Below are positions 1 to 8,746 of a DNA stretch of 51,723 nucleotides, in pieces. Below the pieces are notes generated by a model. It did no database searches. It saw only the letters and a list, made by a program, of their open reading frames with translations, and was not told the DNA's origin. The position numbers and the translations under genes are program-made. Positions within the stretch are counted from its first letter, which is position 1, and each line of letters opens with the position of its first letter. The stretch is from Chloroflexia bacterium (lineage in GTDB: Bacteria; Chloroflexota; Chloroflexia; QHBQ01; JADMIH01). The DNA lies in contig JBJMMB010000340.1 in assembly GCA_045805005.1 (NCBI GenBank), positions 1-51,723 on the forward strand, written 5' to 3'.

Positions 1-1714
1 CTATCGCTTCACCGTCCACCCAGCGGCGCGATATCTCTCCGAACGGGCCCGCCAGGTCCTTCACGGAAGCCATCACCTCCGGGTATTGGCGCGTCACATA
101 GTCGAGGTAGAACGGGTACTGGAGCAGCTTGCGGTCGATCACTGCCACATCGGCGTGCTCTCCGCGCACCAGTTGGAGGTAAAAGCTCGGTGAAACAAGA
201 TACCAGTTATTGGTGAGCACCACCGCCCTCGGTGCGAATGCGCTGAACTCGTTATGCACATACGCCTCCGCCAGGTGGTCGTTGGCGTGCCCCGCCCGGC
301 CCGCGTTCCACACCAAAGCCAAGGCCGCCAGACCCAGCGGTATCACAGCCAGCGCGATTCTCGATCTTCGATTTTGCTCGTACCCCGGCTCCTGAGCGGA
401 CCTCGAATTGACAATCCTCCCTCCAAGATACCAGATCCCCACGCCCGCCCAGGCAATAAACATCATGTAAAGCTGCTCAAAATAAGCGGCGACCTCGGCG
501 AGCTGAAAGTTGTAAGTCTCGATGACGGTAATTACGACCAAAAGCAACATCGCTATTAGTATTGGTAAAGCATTGCGCGCCAGCCGCACTCCGCCCACTA
601 CCGCCAGCAGCAGGACAGGTAGGCCCAGCCACGGCCCGAACTGCCCAATTGCCAGGTCCAGACTCCTCGTGATGTAGGCCGCCATACCCCCGGGCGTCTC
701 CCGGCCAACCAGCACGCGGTTCTGCCAGAGCGTGACGTGCCTCCAGAAGTCCCCCCACGTTGAGGGCGACCCCCAGTTAAGGACGGGGTTCTGCGCCGAG
801 CGAAGAGGCAAATAGAGGTAGATTACCAAAGGCAACAGAGCCGCAATTACGACCAACGGTATGGACACCAGCAGCCAGCGCCACACAGGAGCGTCCAGCA
901 CGGTTCGTGCCCTGTGGGACCTCGCCCCCGCCTGCTGGCCTTTCTGCTGGACCTTTCGGCCACCTCCCTTGGGTGTAGGGGCCGGAGGTACCCCGCCCCT
1001 CGTTCGAGCCTCTGGCCAAAGCGCAATAACTGCTAAACTGGGTAACAGAGTAAAGCTCAGCGTGTGGTTCGTGAGGGCGAGCCCCACTCCGAAGGCCAGG
1101 AAGACCAACCACCGGACAGGCTCGGACCACACTCCAGGACGGCGCGGCGGCCATAAGCCTCTCGGCTCTCCCGCACCTCGCACCGACCGGCGTACCCTCA
1201 AAGCCAGCCAGAATAGCGTGGCCGTAAACGCAAATTGGAGGCTGTATAGCTTCGCCTGCGTAGACCAGTTCCACACCGTGAAAGACCCGCACAGCAGCAA
1301 TGCCGCCCCCGCCGACGCCCCGATGACCAACCAGTCCACCGCCGGTTGCTCCGGACCTTTTATTTCGTGTTCCAGTGTGGACGCGGATACCGTGTTACGT
1401 TTGACCGAGACCTCGGCATTCCTGGGCACTGTCAGGTGTTGGCTTATAAGCTCATACACCAGTGCGTAAAAGAAGCCAACAGCTACCGCCCCGGACAGTG
1501 CCGAGATGAAGTTTACGCCGACAGCCGAATCGCCGAATGGCAGCGCGGCCCCCGCGATAGTAAGCAGCGTATATAGAGGATACCCGGGAGGGTGAGCTAT
1601 CCCTGCCAGGCGTCCGACCGCGATGAACTCCCCGCTGTCGATGAAGTTCACCGTAGGCGACAGCGTAAGCGCGTATACAATCAGCGCCACGAGCCCCACG
1701 ACCACACCCGCCAT
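1..1714 (-). CDS. DUF2723-type GT-C family membrane glycosyltransferase-like protein, N-terminal part only (C-terminus lies beyond the left window edge)
   Basis: Missing from the ORF track because it has no stop inside the window. Hand translation of the minus strand from ATG 1714 gives MAGVVVGLVALIVYALTLSPTVNFIDSGEFIAVGRLAGIAHPPGYPLYTLLTIAGAALPFGDSAVGVNFISALSGAVAVGFFYALVYE... and stays open to position 2. There is an in-frame stop upstream at 1763-1765. The DSGEF...GIAHPPGYPLY motif and many hydrophobic segments fit DUF2723 from memory. Confidence 0.7.
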   Translation of the reverse strand, partial: MAGVVVGLVALIVYALTLSPTVNFIDSGEFIAVGRLAGIAHPPGYPLYTLLTIAGAALPFGDSAVGVNFISALSGAVAVGFFYALVYELISQHLTVPRNAEVSVKRNTVSASTLEHEIKGPEQPAVDWLVIGASAGAALLLCGSFTVWNWSTQAKLYSLQFAFTATLFWLALRVRRSVRGAGEPRGLWPPRRPGVWSEPVRWLVFLAFGVGLALTNHTLSFTLLPSLAVIALWPEARTRGGVPPAPTPKGGGRKVQQKGQQAGARSHRARTVLDAPVWRWLLVSIPLVVIAALLPLVIYLYLPLRSAQNPVLNWGSPSTWGDFWRHVTLWQNRVLVGRETPGGMAAYITRSLDLAIGQFGPWLGLPVLLLAVVGGVRLARNALPILIAMLLLVVITVIETYNFQLAEVAAYFEQLYMMFIAWAGVGIWYLGGRIVNSRSAQEPGYEQNRRSRIALAVIPLGLAALALVWNAGRAGHANDHLAEAYVHNEFSAFAPRAVVLTNNWYLVSPSFYLQLVRGEHADVAVIDRKLLQYPFYLDYVTRQYPEVMASVKDLAGPFGEISRRWVDGEAI

Positions 1715-1822
1715 CCAGGGCGCGTGCGCCTCTAGCCTCAAATTATCCCGCAATTGCACTACCTATTCTATAACGCTTTCAGGCACGCGCTCCTTCAATC
1801 GCTGCATGAAGCGCGGACGACA

Positions 1823-1831
1823 AATTATAAC
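1823..1831 (-). promoter_or_regulatory. possible extended -10 promoter (TGTTATAAT on minus strand) for the DUF2723 gene
   Basis: Reverse complement of 1823-1831 reads TGTTATAAT. No good -35 element. About 100 nt upstream of ATG 1714. Confidence 0.3.
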
Positions 1832-1878
1832 ACAATCTGCATTACGAAAGGGTTGTGGCCTAATGTACGAATTGCCTA

Positions 1879-1907
1879 TTGCATTGGAATGGATGTTATG
1901 TTAAGAT
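1879..1907 (+). promoter_or_regulatory. sigma70-like promoter TTGCAT-17-TAAGAT for the 1048-aa gene
   Basis: TTGCAT at 1879-1884, 17-nt spacer, TAAGAT at 1902-1907. About 95 nt upstream of ATG 2004. Confidence 0.4.
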
Positions 1908-2003
1908 GCGTTACGTAAACTTAGCCAGAATCGCGCCGCTTAGGCGCGTCCCAGTCGAGGCGTTCTGTACCGCCAACACTGGCCCTGACCACCTGGAGAA
2001 GGC

Positions 2004-5000
2004 ATGCCGGCATCACGCTCTGTTCGCCTCAAGCGACCTGTGGCAGCGAAGGCAACGCGTAACTCGTTACGTTCGTTGTTGCTCCTGGTAGCTACGATCC
2101 TTCCCGTGGCAGCTATTGCCCTGTTATTCGCCGCCACTCCCGCTCCCCCGGGCCCCTCCAGTTCCCCGGCCTTTGCCATGGGCCGCTCCGCGAACCCTAT
2201 CCCGGCAGCCGTCGAGGGCTCGATAGTCGACCAGGCCACGGGCGCACCCGTCGCTGGAGCCCTGGTGTCTGTTACCGGTGGCCCCCAGACTCAGAGCGAT
2301 GCCAACGGCTACTTTGCCTTCGAGCCGGACGCCCTCTCCTCCCTTCGCGACGGAAACCCTGACGAGGCCGTTGATCTCACGATTTCAGTAACAGCCGGCG
2401 GATACGGCGCATGGACGCTGCAGGGCGCCGTCTACTATCCGGGCGACACGCTTCGCCTCTATCCCAGGCTGGACACCTCCTCCGATGGCCCCGTCCTCCA
2501 GGTAGCCCACCGGCGCCCGCAGGCCTCCAGCGCGCAGGCTCAGGCTCTTACCGAGCCGAACCAGGCCTTCGGCCCACTGGACGTCAGTCCCAAAGAGGTT
2601 CAGCCGTCGGTCGCCGGCCTGGCACCCCCCGCTACCATCAGGGTCTATAGGACGCAGAGCGGCGTGGTCGAGGTCGTGCCCTTCCTCGACTATGTGAAGC
2701 ACGTACTGCCTGTGGAGTGGATCCCCACCTGGGGAGCCGAGTCGCTCAAAGCCGGGGCCATGGCGGCGAAGAGCTACGCCTGGTATTGGATCAGCCGCGG
2801 CGGCAAGCGCGGCAACCTGGGGGCCGACCTCAAGGACAATACCGACGACCAGGTCTACGACCCCAACATAAGCTATGCCAGCACAGATGCTGCTGTGGAC
2901 GCTACCTTCCGTTACTCGCTGACCTTGAACGGCGCGCTCTTCCAGACGCAGTACTGCGCGGGTAGTTATGGCCCCGACACCGGCCAGTGTCCCTGGGCCG
3001 GGTTCGCCATGAGCCAGTGGGGCACCTCCTACCTGGCCGATAGGGGCAGGACCTGGGGTTGGATCACCGGATACTATTTCCCTGGCTCAGTAATTACACC
3101 CGACCCTCCGGGCGGCGGCTACGACGGAACGCCGCTACCCACGTCGACCCGTCGCCCAACGCCCCCGCCTGGTCCCACAAGCGTCGCAACCGCCACCGAG
3201 CCGGCTGCCCCGCCTGTCCCTCCCCTCCCTCCCCCGCCACAGGGTAATTTCGCGGTAGGTCAGGGCTCCACGCGGCCCGACCTGTTCCAGCAGGCTTATG
3301 ACAGGAACGGAGGCGCCCAGGCGCTCGGCATACCCTCCGGTCCCGCCCGCTGGTGGCTCCCATACCTCACGGAGAATAACGTCTTCGCCCAGCCCTTCAG
3401 CGGCCCCGACGGACGCGGCAACACCTGGATCGTGTACGACGTGCTCAAAGCCTCATCGCAGGGCGTTCAGAGGCCGTTCGTTCTCTCCGGCCCTATTGCT
3501 GCCGCCTATGCCGCTCACACGCCCCTTGGGCCCGAGTGGGTGGGTGCTCCTACCTCCGATCCCTACACCGACTCGGTCGGCAATGCGAGCCAGGGCTTTA
3601 CAAAAGGTACGCTCTCCCTGGACGGCGCATCGACGGACTTCACCCCATGGCCTCAGCAATTCGCCGGCTGGAAAGCCGAGTACTTCCCCGGCCACGCGCT
3701 CCCTGGCGCTCTACCCAAAGGTTCGCTCTCGCTCCCCGGCCAGCCCGCCCTGGTGAGCGACCTGCCCGCCCCCGACTTCGATTGGTCTGCTTCCCCGGGG
3801 GCTGCGCGTGCCGTAGGCGCCGGAGGCCAGGACTGGTCCCTCCAACTGACGCACGACGTCCCGGTTACCGCCGGCGTCTACGGCTTTGATTTGGTAGCAG
3901 ACGGCGGCCTGCGCCTATGGGTGGACGGTACGCTCGTGCTCGATAGTTGGCAGGACCGCCCGGCCCTGGCAAACCTGAACTACACTTCCCAGCTTGCGAA
4001 TGGCTCGCATACCGTGCGTCTCCAATACTATAACCTGGGTACAGGCGGCAAGCTGCAATTCAAGCTGGCCCCAGGTGGAGCGAGTTCGGCCCAGGCCACG
4101 CCTCCCGCTTCCGGTGCACTCCCCTCCGGCTCTGCCCAGGGACTCGCGACTCTGCGTGTGAGGGTCTCGTGGCTCGGGCGCCCGCAGCCCCCCTCTCCGA
4201 GCTGGGTCCAGCCCCTGACCCTCAGCCTCTCGCTGCCGGGCAATCCTGCCGTCGTAGCCACCTACCCCGGCGCTACCGACGCGAACGGCGTGGTTTTCTA
4301 CCGGAACCTGCCGGTGGGCAGTTACGATCTGCACGTCAAGGGCCCGCATAGCCTCCAATCTGCACGGGCCGCTATCCGACTCGCGGCTAATACCACCGCC
4401 GATGTCGACATGAAGACCCAGGTTGAAGGGGACGTGGACGGCGACAACTGTGTGACAGTGGACGACCTCTCGTTTGTGCAGACCGTGCTGGGTACGAACA
4501 GAGACATGCCTGGCTTTCTGCCCGCCGCCGACCTCACCAATGATGGCTTCGTCGCGATGAACGACCTCAGCCTCTTACGCTCGGGTTTCGACCGGTGTGG
4601 CGATATCTCAGCCGATAACGAGTTCCGCGTGATGAGTACCAACGCCCCGCCCAGCCTGGCGCAGGCCCTCGCCCCCTGGATAAACCCCTCGTCGCTGAAG
4701 CATGACCTCAAACTGGGCCTTTCCGCCTCCAATAACCTCGTCCGGGTAGGCGATGTGGTGGCCGTAGCTGTAATCGCCCAGGCCGGCAGCCAGCCTCTCG
4801 ACGGGGCCTCCTTCATACTCAGGTACGATCCCCAACAACTCATGCCGGTCGATGGCGCGGGCAACCTCGCCACAACTATCGAGCCCGGCCTGACGCTGCC
4901 GGCGGTTATGGGCAATTGGATAGACACGGCGGGGGGTGCGATTGGCTACTCAGCGGGTATGCTCCAGGGCGATCCCCCCGCGGGCCGCGTTGTGGTCGCC

Positions 5001-5150
5001 ACCATCCGCTTCCGCGCTCTCACAGGCGTCGGTGGTGGCCCAACCCTCCTCGCCTTTGACCCCGCCCCCTCCCCCTTCATGCAGCTCACCAATGGAGGCG
5101 ACAACCTGCTATCGAAGGCGTCGGACCTGTCTCTTCAAGTAGCACCGTAA
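2004..5150 (+). CDS. membrane-anchored or secreted multidomain surface protein: CarboxypepD_reg-like, SpoIID/LytB-like, LGFP-like, PA14, dockerin-like pair, C-terminal cohesin-like domain
   Basis: ORF track, with GGAG 6-9 nt before the ATG. N-terminal basic stretch plus hydrophobic anchor LLLLVATILPVAAIALLFAA. SpoIID-like: LPVEWIPTWGAESLKAGAMAAKSYAWYW...DQVYDP. PA14-like: GWKAEYFPG...DFDWSASPG...GVYGFDLVADGGLRLWVDGTLVLDSW. Dockerin-like: DVDGDNCVTVDDLSFVQTVL and DLTNDGFVAMNDLSLLRSGF. Cohesin-like tail: VGDVVAVAVIAQAGSQPLDGASFILRYDPQQL. Confidence 0.85.
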   Translation: MPASRSVRLKRPVAAKATRNSLRSLLLLVATILPVAAIALLFAATPAPPGPSSSPAFAMGRSANPIPAAVEGSIVDQATGAPVAGALVSVTGGPQTQSDANGYFAFEPDALSSLRDGNPDEAVDLTISVTAGGYGAWTLQGAVYYPGDTLRLYPRLDTSSDGPVLQVAHRRPQASSAQAQALTEPNQAFGPLDVSPKEVQPSVAGLAPPATIRVYRTQSGVVEVVPFLDYVKHVLPVEWIPTWGAESLKAGAMAAKSYAWYWISRGGKRGNLGADLKDNTDDQVYDPNISYASTDAAVDATFRYSLTLNGALFQTQYCAGSYGPDTGQCPWAGFAMSQWGTSYLADRGRTWGWITGYYFPGSVITPDPPGGGYDGTPLPTSTRRPTPPPGPTSVATATEPAAPPVPPLPPPPQGNFAVGQGSTRPDLFQQAYDRNGGAQALGIPSGPARWWLPYLTENNVFAQPFSGPDGRGNTWIVYDVLKASSQGVQRPFVLSGPIAAAYAAHTPLGPEWVGAPTSDPYTDSVGNASQGFTKGTLSLDGASTDFTPWPQQFAGWKAEYFPGHALPGALPKGSLSLPGQPALVSDLPAPDFDWSASPGAARAVGAGGQDWSLQLTHDVPVTAGVYGFDLVADGGLRLWVDGTLVLDSWQDRPALANLNYTSQLANGSHTVRLQYYNLGTGGKLQFKLAPGGASSAQATPPASGALPSGSAQGLATLRVRVSWLGRPQPPSPSWVQPLTLSLSLPGNPAVVATYPGATDANGVVFYRNLPVGSYDLHVKGPHSLQSARAAIRLAANTTADVDMKTQVEGDVDGDNCVTVDDLSFVQTVLGTNRDMPGFLPAADLTNDGFVAMNDLSLLRSGFDRCGDISADNEFRVMSTNAPPSLAQALAPWINPSSLKHDLKLGLSASNNLVRVGDVVAVAVIAQAGSQPLDGASFILRYDPQQLMPVDGAGNLATTIEPGLTLPAVMGNWIDTAGGAIGYSAGMLQGDPPAGRVVVATIRFRALTGVGGGPTLLAFDPAPSPFMQLTNGGDNLLSKASDLSLQVAP

Positions 5151-5177
5151 ACCAGGGATCAGGCGTATGAGCGAAGC

Positions 5178-5231
5178 GGGGGCGGTCAGGCTTGCAGTTA
5201 CACTCTGACACCCGACCCCCGACCCCTGATT
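5178..5231. repeat. heptamer repeat (CCCGACC x2 plus degenerate units) with an imperfect inverted partner, between convergent genes
   Basis: CCCGACC at 5211-5217 and 5218-5224, then CCTGATT. The upstream GGGGGCGGTCAG (5178-5189) can pair imperfectly with CTGACACCCGACCCCC (5205-5220). The 19-mer at 5211-5229 is the exact reverse complement of 46619-46637. Confidence 0.6.
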
Positions 5232-5233
5232 CC

Positions 5234-7603
5234 CTAGCGATATCTCCAATCAAAGTAGTGCCTGCCCACGTTGCCCATCTCCACTTGCCAGCCGGGTGGG
5301 TTGTCGGCCACATATGTGAGCACTCGCCTCTGGAAGGCCTGCACCAGCACCTGCTTGGGGATACCCCCAATCCTCACGTTTGTCCAGTATGCCTCCGTGA
5401 TAGGGTAGCCAAGGTCCGTCACCCAGTCAAGGACCGCCCCGTTTGAGTACGTGCCCAACCGCCCATTGTAGACAGGCCCGGTAGTAGAGGTCATGAAGTT
5501 CCAGAAAACGTTTGGGATATTGTGCCCCGTCACAGGCTCGTACCTGGCAACCCTCACGGCACCTTGCAGCGACGGGTCGTCCCCCACCGCTCCAGCCCGG
5601 TTCAGGGTCGCCGTTACCGCCTGTCCAGTCCTGTCTGTGGCCCGTTTATCGTTGTTGAGCGAGGCCACCGGCGATAGCGAGGCGTAGGTGAGCGCGTCGG
5701 GGCTGTCCGCGTCGCCGGCCACCGGGACGGTGGACGGCTGCTTCGGGGGCGTCCCAAACTGTTTATCGCCCGTCTGCAGCAGCCCGCTGATAAGCTCAAC
5801 TACAAGCAATCCGTTCGTCACGTAGAACCGGCTGGCTCGGTCCCCCGAGGGCTGGTTGATCTCCATGCGGGCCTTATCGAAATACTGCACCTGGCGGACG
5901 CCTCCTGCCCCCTGTGCGTAGGCCTCAGTGGCCGCGGAGAAGCTCGACGGCCCCCATAACCACGGACGCTTAGCCTTGCCGTCGGTAATGGGCCTGTCCG
6001 CTTGCTCCCACTTCCTCAAGAAAGCCTCGTCCGTGAACCCCGTCAAAGGTTCTGGCGAGGGCACCGCGATGGGCGTGGGCCGCATCGTCGGCGTCGCGCC
6101 GGGCGTGGCCTCAGCGATAGGAGCCCCGTTGGTCGAAAACTGGGCGAAATAGATATCCTGGTCGCCGTTCCTGGTATCAGGCCAGGCCGCGTAGGCGGTG
6201 CTCCCGTCGGGCGACAAGTCTAGGGCGATATAGTCCCCAATCAAGGTGCCCTCGAATCCCACGTCCGGGTCGCTCCGCGTGAGGCTCACAGGAGCATTCT
6301 TGCTGAAGGTAGCCCCGCCGTCGGTCGAGCGGGCGAAGTAAGGTAGATACCTCTTGTTATTCGGGTCGTCGCGCCGGTCGAGCCACAGCATATTGAGCGC
6401 CCCATCGCTCCCCACCATCGCCGTCGGGAAGAACTGGTCATGCCGCGGCGAGGGCGGGTCGTCGTTCGCGCGGCGCGACGCGCTCCAGGTGCGTGCTCCG
6501 TCCGAGGACGCCGCGACCATCACGTCTGCATCTCCGGCAGAGTAGTCGTTCCAGGTGACATACAGGCTGCCGTTATGGGGGTCCACCGCCAGGGTGGGCA
6601 GCACGAAGAGGCGGAAATGGCTCCCCGGGAGCGGGCTGGGCGGTATGTTTACGTCTGCGACCCGGCGTATCTGGGGGAACGTTATGCCCCCGTCGGTCGA
6701 TTTCGCCACGTACAGCCCGTCGCCAGAGGAAGTCTGCAGAGCGTGAGCCTCCCCGGTTGGCGCTGTCAAAACCTGCTGCGCGCCGCCCAGACCCTCGTCT
6801 TCGCCCTCTTCGGGCTCTCGAGCCCCGACGCCGCTGAAGTAGAGCACGTACACCTCTCCGTTTGGCCCGACAACCGGAAACGAGCCCTGGTTGTCCTCCT
6901 GTTCCGGAAGGCTCACTAACGTGTGCGCCGAGAAACTCGCACCACCGTCCGTCGAGCGAGAGAGGACGATATCTCCCCGCTCCTTGCGCGGCGTCACCTT
7001 AGTGAAGAGCGTCCAGCTAGCGTATACGTAGCCCTTCCTGGCGGCGTTGTTGCTCCTGTCAACAGCGATCCACTCTTTGTCGTTGAAAACCTGGTCGCTG
7101 TTGGCCGACACCAGCACCGGGGTCTGCCAGGTGGCCCCGGCGTCCGTCGAGTTCGACACGAACAGCCCACCTATAGTCAGGTCGTTCTGGTTGTAGGCGA
7201 GCACCGACATATAAGCCTTCCCGGTCACATCGAACGTTACAACCGGGTCGCTCTGGTTGGGCAATTCGCTGGGGAACGCAGCTATGTGCCCGTCGGCCCA
7301 TGAGTGGCCGCCATCGGTAGACCTGTAGTGCCACACCTGCTTGGGTCCGGTGCGCCAGTCCTTGGCTGCGGCAAGCACATTGTTTGGGTTAGTTGGGTCC
7401 ACCGCGATTGTCGGCTCTTGCTGGTCAGCGGAGGTAACCTGGTTTACGCGGGCCTCGAATGGTCCGGATTGCCGGGACGGCGCTCCAAAAGCGAGTGGCG
7501 AAATAAGGGCGGCCGCCAGGGCGGGCAGCAGGAGCCAGGTAAGCGCAGCCGCTACCCTACCAGGCAGAAGCGAGTGCCGCCCGGGCATTCTCATCAAATT
7601 CAT
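5234..7603 (-). CDS. secreted BNR/Asp-box repeat (sialidase-fold) protein with an unassigned C-terminal domain of about 270 aa
   Basis: ORF track. Signal-like N-terminus ALTWLLLPALAAALISPLAFGAP. Six Asp-boxes: STDGGHSW, STDAGATW, STDGGASF, STDGGITF, SSDGARTW, STDGGATF. A Pro/Thr linker precedes the C-terminal domain. Confidence 0.85.
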   Translation of the reverse strand: MNLMRMPGRHSLLPGRVAAALTWLLLPALAAALISPLAFGAPSRQSGPFEARVNQVTSADQQEPTIAVDPTNPNNVLAAAKDWRTGPKQVWHYRSTDGGHSWADGHIAAFPSELPNQSDPVVTFDVTGKAYMSVLAYNQNDLTIGGLFVSNSTDAGATWQTPVLVSANSDQVFNDKEWIAVDRSNNAARKGYVYASWTLFTKVTPRKERGDIVLSRSTDGGASFSAHTLVSLPEQEDNQGSFPVVGPNGEVYVLYFSGVGAREPEEGEDEGLGGAQQVLTAPTGEAHALQTSSGDGLYVAKSTDGGITFPQIRRVADVNIPPSPLPGSHFRLFVLPTLAVDPHNGSLYVTWNDYSAGDADVMVAASSDGARTWSASRRANDDPPSPRHDQFFPTAMVGSDGALNMLWLDRRDDPNNKRYLPYFARSTDGGATFSKNAPVSLTRSDPDVGFEGTLIGDYIALDLSPDGSTAYAAWPDTRNGDQDIYFAQFSTNGAPIAEATPGATPTMRPTPIAVPSPEPLTGFTDEAFLRKWEQADRPITDGKAKRPWLWGPSSFSAATEAYAQGAGGVRQVQYFDKARMEINQPSGDRASRFYVTNGLLVVELISGLLQTGDKQFGTPPKQPSTVPVAGDADSPDALTYASLSPVASLNNDKRATDRTGQAVTATLNRAGAVGDDPSLQGAVRVARYEPVTGHNIPNVFWNFMTSTTGPVYNGRLGTYSNGAVLDWVTDLGYPITEAYWTNVRIGGIPKQVLVQAFQRRVLTYVADNPPGWQVEMGNVGRHYFDWRYR

Positions 7604-7669
7604 AAGTTGGCTCAGTTCTATTCAGACAGTAACCCGGGCGCGGACCGGTCAATAAAGGCATCTCTATCA

Positions 7670-7698
7670 AGTCTAGGGGAGTACGATTTGCCTGTCAA
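7670..7698 (-). promoter_or_regulatory. sigma70-like promoter TTGACA-17-TAGACT (minus strand) for the BNR gene
   Basis: Reverse complement of 7693-7698 is TTGACA and of 7670-7675 is TAGACT, with a 17-nt spacer. About 60 nt upstream of ATG 7603. Confidence 0.55.
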
Positions 7699-7818
7699 GG
7701 CATGCCGTGCGCCGCCTGTCTTGTGGGTTATCTTTCTTTTCGCTATGATTCATAGCTAAAGGGATATGTAGCACAGGCGTTTGCGCGCAGCCTGCACTGG
7801 GGATAACCTACCGCATTC

Positions 7819-7847
7819 TTGACACCCGCCAGGCGCCTTCCTATAAT
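7819..7847 (+). promoter_or_regulatory. perfect consensus sigma70 promoter TTGACA-17-TATAAT for the ABC-2 exporter operon
   Basis: TTGACA at 7819-7824, 17-nt spacer, TATAAT at 7842-7847, directly upstream of the permease ORF. Confidence 0.7.
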
Positions 7848-7873
7848 CGACGCCAGCAACGCAATGCAGTGCT

Positions 7874-8746
7874 GTGCGTTATACTGTTATATTACCGATT
7901 ATTGGAGATGCCAGTTTGCTCACGAGGGCACGCCAGTCCGTTCGCTACCGCGACCTGCTCTACAACCTGGTGGTTCGGGACCTCAAGGTCCGCTACAAAC
8001 ACTCAGTACTGGGTTTCTTCTGGTCGCTCCTCAATCCCCTGCTTCTCATGGCGGTGTTTACCTTCGTATTCACCGCCCTCTTGAGTGGCAACACCAAACC
8101 CTCCTACCACATATTCTTCCTTTGCGCCCTCCTCCCCTGGACCTGGTGCTCCACCTCCGTTGCGGGCTCTCTCACCAGCATCGTGGGCAACGGGCACCTG
8201 ATCAAGAAGGTCTACTTCCCCAGGGAGATGCTCCCCGTCTCGGTGGTCCTCTCCAACTTGATGAACTACCTCCTCTCGCTGCCCGCGCTCTTCATTTTTA
8301 TGGTCTTCCTGCGCCCGGGCCTATCCGGCTCGCCCTTCGACGCCACCTGCACCACCGTATGCATAAATGGGCACCTGGCCTGGCTGCCCCTCCTCATAGT
8401 TACCCAGATGATCTTCCTCCTGGGCCTCGGCTTACTCCTATCCGCCCTAAATGTCTTCTTCAGGGATACCAGCGTTCTTGTTGAGGTCGGCCTGAGCGCC
8501 TGGTTCTTCCTCACGCCAATCATCTACGACGCCAAGGATGTCGCGGGCGCCTATGCCAACCTGATGTACTATCTCAATCCCATGGCCTCGATAATCGCCA
8601 ACTATCGCGACATCTTCTACTACAGTTCTCCTGGCAGCCCTGACCCCCTATTCATGCTGCGCACTTTGATCACGAGTTCGATTCTCCTTGCAATCGGCTA
8701 CCTCTTCTTCATGCGCGTGAGTAAGAACTTCGGAGAGGAAATATGA
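7874..8746 (+). CDS. ABC-2 type (Wzm/TagG-like) polysaccharide or teichoic-acid exporter permease
   Basis: ORF track. RYRDLLYNLVVRDLKVRYKHSVLGFFWSLLNPLLLMAVF is the typical ABC-2 N-terminal signature, followed by multiple TM segments. The track start is GTG 7874. In-frame TTG 7916, preceded by GGAG, is an equally plausible start. Confidence 0.85.
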   Translation: MRYTVILPIIGDASLLTRARQSVRYRDLLYNLVVRDLKVRYKHSVLGFFWSLLNPLLLMAVFTFVFTALLSGNTKPSYHIFFLCALLPWTWCSTSVAGSLTSIVGNGHLIKKVYFPREMLPVSVVLSNLMNYLLSLPALFIFMVFLRPGLSGSPFDATCTTVCINGHLAWLPLLIVTQMIFLLGLGLLLSALNVFFRDTSVLVEVGLSAWFFLTPIIYDAKDVAGAYANLMYYLNPMASIIANYRDIFYYSSPGSPDPLFMLRTLITSSILLAIGYLFFMRVSKNFGEEI

